From an uncultured Actinomycetota bacterium (GTDB taxonomy: Bacteria; Actinomycetota; Actinomycetes; Prado026), in NCBI GenBank assembly GCA_963771835.1, contig CAVYVA010000004.1, positions 822,421-886,420 on the forward strand: a DNA stretch of 64,000 nucleotides. Reading direction: 5' to 3'. The stretch's first letter is position 1. Every line of letters begins with the position of its first letter. Below are positions 58,092 to 64,000 of the stretch, one piece after another. The notes beneath the pieces are model-generated. The model was given only the letters and a program-made list of their open reading frames with translations. It had not been told where the DNA came from and searched no databases. The position numbers and the translations under genes were made by a program.

Positions 58092-58594
58092 GTCAGCGGG
58101 GCCCGATCTGGTTGCAGCAGGGCCACCCGCATCGGCAGCCGGCGCATCTGCTGACCGTCGATCGAGATCACCCACGAGTACATCCCGGGGTGGTCGAAGC
58201 GCAGGGCGTCGACCGACAGCGCCAGCGGCACGATCTGCTCGTCGCCGGCCGGGAGCGCCGGCGGGCGCCCGACGCTGAACTCGCCGCCGATCACGGTGAT
58301 GTCCTCGGGCTCGGCGTCAGCGCCGGATCGGGACTCGCCGAGCTTCACCTTGACCGCGTCCTCGGTCTCCAGGTGCACCAGGACCTGGTGCGGCTGGTTG
58401 GTCTGCGTGTACGGCACGTGGATGGTCATCGCGATCGCCAGATGGCTGTGGGTGGCCGGGAAGGTGTTGGCGTAGATCACGTTCCAGCCCATCCCGAGCG
58501 CGTAGATCTTGCCCTCCGCCGTCGACGCCCCGTCGGCGATGAACGCGTCGACGTGCATGGTGCTCATGTCGTCCATGCCGGCCGGGGAGGTCAT
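58019..58594 (-). CDS. Hypothetical beta-rich protein (resembles DUF6941-type proteins from memory)
   Basis: Intact 191-aa ORF (HVDAFIADGASTAEGKIYALGMGWNVIY..HLAIAMTIHVPY..YSWVISIDGQQMRRLPMRV). It lies 52 nt downstream of the MCP-like gene. Its last ~70 nt overlap the convergent sulfotransferase. Confidence 0.45.
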   Translation of the reverse strand: MTSPAGMDDMSTMHVDAFIADGASTAEGKIYALGMGWNVIYANTFPATHSHLAIAMTIHVPYTQTNQPHQVLVHLETEDAVKVKLGESRSGADAEPEDITVIGGEFSVGRPPALPAGDEQIVPLALSVDALRFDHPGMYSWVISIDGQQMRRLPMRVALLQPDRAPLTQDVYGAPCSADIAAASGYASSTE

Positions 58595-58646
58595 GGGCTC
58601 ACGCGTACGGGCCGGCCGGGCGGCCAGGAGCGGCGGTGCTACCGGG

Positions 58647-60209
58647 TCAGCTCAGGTCGAACGCGGTCACGGACGCACGCAGCCGCTGGGCCAGCTGGTC
58701 GAGCTCGGCCACCGCCTCGGCCGACGAGCGGGCGCCGAGCGCCTGCTGCTGCGACGCGGCCGACACCTGGCCCATGGTCGCCAGCACCGCCTCGGAGGCG
58801 TCGTCCTGCAGCCGGGTCGCCTCCTGGATGAGGCCCGGCGGCCCGCGCCGAGCGGCTTGCGGCGGCGGTGATGAGGTCCAGCCGCTCCTCGACCGCGGTG
58901 GCGAGCTCGGTACCGCGGGCCGCCGCCTTGGCACCCTCCTCGGAGGCCATCACGGTGCGGCGCGTCCCGGACCTGATCCCCACGACGATCGACTGGATCT
59001 GGCCGGTCGACTTCTGCGCGCGCTCGGCCAGCTTGCGTACCTCCGCGGCCACCACGGCGAACCCGCGGCCGTGCTCGCCCGCGCGGGCGGCCTCGATCGC
59101 GGCGTTGAGCGCGAGCAGGTTGGTCTGGTCGGCGAGGTCGTCGATGACGGCGAGGATCCGGTCGATCTCGGCGGTGCGCTCCTCGAGCCCGACCGCCTCG
59201 ACGGCGATCTCCCGGACGCGGCCGGCCAGCTCGTCGATCGCGTCGACTGCAAGGTTCGACGACGGCCCGACCCTCCGCGCTGACCCGGCTGACGTCGTCG
59301 GCGGACTCGGCCACGTCGTCGGCGGTACGGGCGATCCCGGCGGCCGCGTCGGAGAGCTGGCGGAGGCTGGCCGTGGTCTCGGCCACCGCCGCCGCCTGCT
59401 CGCTCGAGCCGTCTGCGCTCTGCGCGGTCGTCGCCGACAGCTCGGCGGCGGCGGCGGCCAGCTGCTGGCCGCCGGCCTGGACCCGGGTGACGACCTCGCG
59501 CAGCGACATGACCGCGATGGCCAGCGATGCCCAGACCTGTCCGACCGGGCCGTCGACGGACCCGCTCGGCACCAGGGTGCCGGCCCGCAGGTGGCCCTCT
59601 GCGACATCCGCCAGCGCGGTGGAGAGCTCGTCGACCTGCTGGCCGAGCTCGGCCCTGGCCCGCTCGCTGTCGCGCCGCAGCGAACGGACGGCGGATGCGA
59701 CCACGGTCGCGAACGCGGACAGCAGGGGCAGACCCAGCCCGGCGACGATCAGGTCGCCGGCGTGTCGCGCTGCCGACCGAGCCGGCGAGCCACGAAGCGA
59801 GCAGCACGCAGCCGGACGAGAGCAGCCCGAACGCCGGCGTGAACCCCAGCGGCAGGTAGGCCGAGGCGAAGACGATGACGAAGACGAAGTACAGCCACAT
59901 GCTGTGCCGGATGCCGCCGGTGGTGGCGACCTGGACGGTGATCAGCAGCTGGAAGCCGAGCAGCGTGGCGAGGTCGACGGCGACCGGGTGCGCGGCGAGC
60001 AAGGGCACGCGCGGCTGGACCCCGTCGCGGACGAGGTACCAGACGCCGCCGAGCACGGTCACGAGGGTGAGTGCCGCGAACCAGGCCGCGGGCAGCGGGT
60101 GCGTGGACGGGTCGGCGTGCTGCAGCAGGACCGTGGCCACCGGGTTGTAGACGGCCACGGCCACGGCTGTCACTCCGGCTGTCACCGACAGCCGGCGGGC
60201 GGCGTCCAT
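58647..60209 (-). pseudogene. Methyl-accepting-chemotaxis-protein-type transducer with polytopic N-terminal membrane domain, frameshifted at least four times
   Basis: The N-terminal part, from ATG 60209, has about 5 TMs (ORF 58950..60209). The coiled-coil part is in ORF 58667..59704. The hallmark signalling hairpin reads [49 protein letters not shown] (ORF 58639..59607). The end reads [18 protein letters not shown]. Confidence 0.8.
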
Positions 60210-60255
60210 CTCGTCGTGGCTCCCGGGGGCGGCTCGTGCGGTCCCCTAGTGCATC

Positions 60256-60284
60256 GGGCCGTCGCCGCAGGCCCTTGACGGCCC
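60256..60284 (-). terminator. Hairpin downstream of the 79-aa ORF
   Basis: GGGCCGTC-N13-GACGGCCC is an 8-bp perfect stem, located between the small ORF's stop (60331) and the MCP start (60209). There is no U-tract. Confidence 0.35.
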
Positions 60285-60330
60285 CTCACCACCGGAGTGC
60301 GGGGGCCACAGTCAGGACTGCGGGGGACGG

Positions 60331-60570
60331 TCAGGCCCGGCCGAGGGGGCCGTCGGTGAGCGCACGCAGGAGGGCCGGCAGGTCGCCGGCCGGGATCCGG
60401 AACGTCGCCGTGCAGATGGAGCCCTTCCACAGGCTGAGCGCCACCACGCCCTCGGCCTCGTGCCAGTTGACCCGCATGGCCCGGTCCTCGCCGCGCGCGT
60501 CGAGGAAGACCTCGCCGTGCGCCGGCGCCGCGACGGTCGAGACCGCCTGCAGCCGGACCACCTCTCCCAT
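60331..60570 (-). CDS. Small hypothetical protein (79 aa)
   Basis: ATG 60570 is in frame with the tail of ORF 60331..61146. The translation is MGEVVRLQAVSTVAAPAHGEVFLDARGEDRAMRVNWHEAEGVVALSLWKGSICTATFRIPAGDLPALLRALTDGP. The composition is non-junk, unlike the overlapping frames. Confidence 0.45.
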   Translation of the reverse strand: MGEVVRLQAVSTVAAPAHGEVFLDARGEDRAMRVNWHEAEGVVALSLWKGSICTATFRIPAGDLPALLRALTDGPLGRA

Positions 60571-60652
60571 GCCTCGATCGTGGACCCTGCCCGCAGGGCC
60601 GGTCCAGCATTTGCGGGCACGAAGGCCGTTCGTACGAGTCGTACCAGCCCGG

Positions 60653-61121
60653 TCAGGCGTCGGACAGCGGGGGGTAGCGCCTGCTCGCAGGCGTGCAGCG
60701 CGTCGATCAGCGCCGGCAGCCGGGCGGCGTCGATGGGCGGGAGGGTGAAGCGAAGGGTGTTGCCGATGCCCGGCTGGTCGTCCGCGGCGCCGCTGACGCT
60801 GAGCACCCCGCTGGGTTCGAGCACCACCGCCAGCGACAGCCACTCCTCGATGGAGTGCAGCACCGCGGTCCCGGTCCCCATCTGGGCCACGTGCTCGAGG
60901 CCCTCCCGGAACCGGACCAGCTCCTCGGCCCGCAGCCCGGCCGCGATCTCCCCGACGAAACCGCCGACCCGGACCGTGATCGGGCTGACCAGCCAGTTCC
61001 CGTCCGAGGAGTCGGCGGCCTGCGGGTGCTTGCGCCCGACCACCCGGATCAGGACCGAGTCGGACGAGTCCGTGGACTGCGGACCGAGCGTGATCTCCAC
61101 CTGTGGTTCCACGACCGCCAT
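60653..61121 (-). CDS. Hypothetical protein with WapI/DUF5959-like immunity-protein appearance
   Basis: ATG 61121. The translation is MAVVEPQVEITLGPQS..VLIRVVGRKHP..NWLVSPITVRVGGFVGEIAAGLRAEELVRFREGLEHV..LSLAVVLEPSGVLSVSG..LRFTLPPIDAARLPALIDALHACE. As written the frame runs on to 60312 through Arg-rich junk. Removing one G from the G6 run (60669-60674) gives ...ALPPLSDA and a stop at 60653. Confidence 0.45.
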
Positions 61122-61193
61122 AGTGCCCCCGTCGGGGCCCGCGCACTCGCGATCACGGGCCCGCGTCGCGGGTGTCTGCGGCAGACTTGGCGG

Positions 61194-62060
61194 ATGCCCG
61201 AGCTGCCGGAGGTGGAGGCGCTCGTCGACGTGCTCCGCGAGCGGGCCGTCGGACGGGTCGTCACCAGGGTCGACGTCGCGGCGATCAGCGCCCTCAAGAC
61301 CTACGACCCGCCGGTCACCTCGCTCGGTGGACTGACCGTCACCGCAGCGGCGCGGCACGGCAAGTTCCTGGACCTGGACGTGGACGGCCTGCACCTCGTC
61401 GTGCACCTGGCCAGGGCGGGCTGGCTGCAGTGGCGCGCCCAGCTGCCGACGGTCCCGCCGAAACCGTCCGGGAAGAGCCCGCTCGCGCTGCGCGTGCACC
61501 TGGACGACGGCGCCGGGTTCGACCTCACCGAGGCGGGCACCCGGAAGAAGCTCTCGGTGTACGTGGTCCGCGACCCGGCCGAGGTGCCGGGGGTGGCGCG
61601 GCTCGGGCCGGACCCGCTGGACGAGGCGTTCACGCCGCAGCTGCTGGCCGCGATCCTGGCCGAGCACGGCCGCGAACAGCTCAAGGGTGTGCTCCGGGAC
61701 CAGTCGGTGATCGCCGGCATCGGCAACGCCTACTCGGACGAGATCCTGCACGCCGCCCGGATGTCGCCGTTCAAGCCGGCGACGTCGCTGGACGAGGCGG
61801 GCGTGCGGGTGCTGTACGACGCGATCCGGTCCGAGCTCGTCGACGCGGTGGAGCGCTCGCGCGGGCTGGCGGCGGGCGACCTCAAGGCCGAGAAGAAGGC
61901 CGGGCTGCAGGTGCACGCCAGGACCGGCCTGCCCTGCCCGGTGTGCGGTGACACCGTGCGCGAGGTCTCGTTCGCCGACTCCTCGCTGCAGTACTGCCCG
62001 ACCTGCCAGACGGGTGGCAAGCCGCTGGCCGACCGCCGGCTGTCCCGCCTGCTCAAGTAG
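61194..62060 (+). CDS. Fpg/Nei-family DNA glycosylase/AP lyase
   Basis: ATG 61194 is in ORF 60693..62060. It has the N-terminal catalytic MPELPEVE, the H2TH motif (LRDQSVIAGIGNAYSDEILHAARMSP) and a C-terminal zinc finger (CPVCGDTV..YCPTCQ). Confidence 0.9.
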   Translation: MPELPEVEALVDVLRERAVGRVVTRVDVAAISALKTYDPPVTSLGGLTVTAAARHGKFLDLDVDGLHLVVHLARAGWLQWRAQLPTVPPKPSGKSPLALRVHLDDGAGFDLTEAGTRKKLSVYVVRDPAEVPGVARLGPDPLDEAFTPQLLAAILAEHGREQLKGVLRDQSVIAGIGNAYSDEILHAARMSPFKPATSLDEAGVRVLYDAIRSELVDAVERSRGLAAGDLKAEKKAGLQVHARTGLPCPVCGDTVREVSFADSSLQYCPTCQTGGKPLADRRLSRLLK

Positions 62061-62132
62061 GCGTCGGCGTCCGTCCTCGTGTCAGGACGTGGCTGGGCCA
62101 TCGCCCGGCCACGGTCTGACACGATCGGCATC

Positions 62133-63236
62133 GTGAAGGCGCTCGTGCTCAGTGGTGGTGCGGGCACCCGGCTGCGCCCGCTCACGCACACGTCCGCCAA
62201 GCAGCTCGTCCCGGTGGCCAACCGACCGGTGCTGTTCCACGCCCTCGACGCCGTCGCCGCGGCGGGGGTCACCGACGTGGGGCTGGTGGTCGGCGACACC
62301 GAGGCGGAGATCCGGGCCGCGGTCGGCGACGGCTCGACGTTCGGCCTCAAGGTCACCTACCTGCGGCAGGAGGCACCGCTGGGCCTGGCCCACGCGGTCC
62401 TCGTCGCGCGCGACTTCCTCGGTGACGAGCCGTTCGTCATGTACCTCGGCGACAACGTGCTGGTCGGCGGCATCACGGCGCTGGTGCAGGAGTTCGAGGC
62501 CTGGTACGCGGCGGGTGAGGCGGATGCGACGATCCTGCTCACCCGGGTGCCGGACCCGCGGCAGTTCGGTGTCGCCGAGCTGGACGACACCGGGCGGGTC
62601 GTCCGGCTCGAGGAGAAACCGGCCGAGCCGCGCAGCGACCTCGCGCTGGCCGGCGTCTACCTGTTCGGCCCGGCGATCCACGACGCGGTCGCGGCGATCC
62701 GGCCGAGCGCGCGCCACGAGCTCGAGATCACCGACGCGATCCAACGGATGCTGGACACCGGGCGCGCGGTGCGCTCGCACGTGGTCACCGGCTACTGGAA
62801 GGACACCGGCCGGGCCGCAGACCTGCTCGACGCGAACCGGGCGATGCTCGACGGGCAGCAGCCGAACGTCCGCGGCAGCGTCGACGACGCGACCACGGTG
62901 ACCGGCGCAGTGGTGGTCGACGAGAGCGCCGTCGTCACCGGGTCGCGGCTGGTGGGGCCGCTGGTGCTGGGTCCGGGCACGGTGGTGCGCGGGTCGCAGG
63001 TCGGCCCGTACGCGTCGATCGGCGCGGACTGCACGGTGACGGACACGTCCGTGGCGGACTCGATCGTCATGGCCGGCAGCCGGTTGTCCGGCGGTCGCCT
63101 GACCGGTTGCCTGCTCGGGCGCGAGGTCGACGTCGCGCTGGCCCCGGGGAGGGACGCGTTCCGGCTGGTGCTCGGCGACCACAGCAGCGTGGCGACCGAG
63201 GCTGCCACCGACTCAGCTGCCGAGGTTTCGCCATGA
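62133..63236 (+). CDS. rmlA: Glucose-1-phosphate thymidylyltransferase, long form with C-terminal left-handed beta-helix
   Basis: GTG 62133 is in ORF 62079..63236. The translation includes KALVLSGGAGTRLRPLTHTSAKQLVPVANRPVL, YLGDN and EEKPAEPRSDLALAGVYLF, followed by hexapeptide-like repeats. Confidence 0.85.
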   Translation: MKALVLSGGAGTRLRPLTHTSAKQLVPVANRPVLFHALDAVAAAGVTDVGLVVGDTEAEIRAAVGDGSTFGLKVTYLRQEAPLGLAHAVLVARDFLGDEPFVMYLGDNVLVGGITALVQEFEAWYAAGEADATILLTRVPDPRQFGVAELDDTGRVVRLEEKPAEPRSDLALAGVYLFGPAIHDAVAAIRPSARHELEITDAIQRMLDTGRAVRSHVVTGYWKDTGRAADLLDANRAMLDGQQPNVRGSVDDATTVTGAVVVDESAVVTGSRLVGPLVLGPGTVVRGSQVGPYASIGADCTVTDTSVADSIVMAGSRLSGGRLTGCLLGREVDVALAPGRDAFRLVLGDHSSVATEAATDSAAEVSP

Positions 63237-64000
63237 GGGTGCTCGTCACCGGCGGGGCGGGCTTCATCGGGTCGCACTACGTGCGCTCGCTGCTCACCGG
63301 TGCGTACGGGCCGCAGCCCGACCTGACCGTGACCGTCCTGGACGCGCTGACGTATGCCGGGAACCGGGCCAACCTCGACCCGGTCGCCTCCGACGAGCGA
63401 CTGCGCTTCGTGCACGGCGACATCGCCGACGAGGCGCTGGTCGCCGAGCTCATGCCCGGGCACGAGTGGGTGGTCAACTTCGCGGCGGAGTCGCACGTCG
63501 ACCGGTCGATCGCGGGTCCCGCGGCGTTCGTGCGGACCAACGTGCTCGGCACCACCGTCCTGCTCGAGGCGGCGCGGTCCGCCGGCACCCGGATGTTCCT
63601 GCAGGTGTCGACCGACGAGGTGTACGGCTCGATCGAGCAGGGCTCCTGGCCAGAGGACACCCCGCTCGCTCCCAGCTCGCCGTACTCCGCGTCGAAGGCG
63701 GCGGCGGACCTGGTCGCCATGGCGTACGCGAAGACGTTCGACCTGGCCGTGATCGTCACCCGCGGCGCGAACACCTACGGCCCGTACCAGTACCCCGAGA
63801 AGCTGGTGCCGCTGTTCGTGACGAACCTGCTCGACCAGGTCCCGGTGCCGCTGTACGGGGACGGTCTGCATCGGCGGGACTGGCTGCACGTCGACGACCA
63901 CTGCCGCGGGATCCATCTCGCCCTCACGGCCGGCCGGGCCGGGCGGGTCTACCACGTCGGCGGCGGGACCGAGCTGTCGAACCGGGAGCTCACCGACCGG
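63233..64000 (+). CDS. rmlB: dTDP-glucose 4,6-dehydratase (3' end beyond window)
   Basis: ATG 63233 overlaps the rmlA stop (ATGA). The translation includes MRVLVTGGAGFIGSHYV, FAAESHVDRS, STDEVYG and SPYSASKAAADL (the YxxxK catalytic motif). The ORF is still open at nt 64000. Confidence 0.9.
   Translation, partial: MRVLVTGGAGFIGSHYVRSLLTGAYGPQPDLTVTVLDALTYAGNRANLDPVASDERLRFVHGDIADEALVAELMPGHEWVVNFAAESHVDRSIAGPAAFVRTNVLGTTVLLEAARSAGTRMFLQVSTDEVYGSIEQGSWPEDTPLAPSSPYSASKAAADLVAMAYAKTFDLAVIVTRGANTYGPYQYPEKLVPLFVTNLLDQVPVPLYGDGLHRRDWLHVDDHCRGIHLALTAGRAGRVYHVGGGTELSNRELTDR

Overview
High-G+C actinobacterial chromosome centred on the replication origin. The conserved origin-region gene order is present. 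On the minus strand: rpmH-rnpA-yidD-yidC-jag-rsmG-parA-parB. On the plus strand: dnaA-oriC-dnaN-recF-DUF721-gyrB-gyrA-DUF3566-tRNA-Ile. To the left lies the block cca / NUDIX / DUF6049-like / murJ / NlpC-P60 / pseudokinase / sigM and anti-sigma / trxB-trxA / cwlM. To the right lies ppiA / rhomboid / crgA / DUF881 / pabA / pknB-pbpA-rodA-pstP-fhaB-fhaA / tRNA-Leu. Two perfect parS palindromes and a DnaA-box cluster are readable directly. After tRNA-Leu (49.5-64 kb) the sequence becomes accessory and has visibly lower G+C. It carries an LPXTG surface protein, a TetR regulator with three operator palindromes in front of a ureohydrolase and a lone solute-binding lipoprotein, and pirin with an ABM-domain protein. 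It also carries an acyl-CoA synthetase, a DUF1707 protein, a sulfotransferase, an orphan MCP-type transducer with a small beta-rich protein, and an immunity-like gene pair. The window ends with Fpg/Nei and rmlA-rmlB. The dominant property of the window is technical. About thirty housekeeping genes, including rpmH, gyrA, gyrB, dnaN, trxB, ddl and yidC, are broken by single-base indels in dense blocks that alternate with clean blocks. This is far more likely consensus error than gene decay. These genes are typed pseudogene because that is what the sequence literally shows. I found no recognisable defence or mobile system, no CRISPR array, no transposase and no integrase. The most novel-looking loci are the TetR-operator/ureohydrolase island, the orphan MCP pair and the immunity-like pair. 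All family names come from reading the translations from memory, not from searches.
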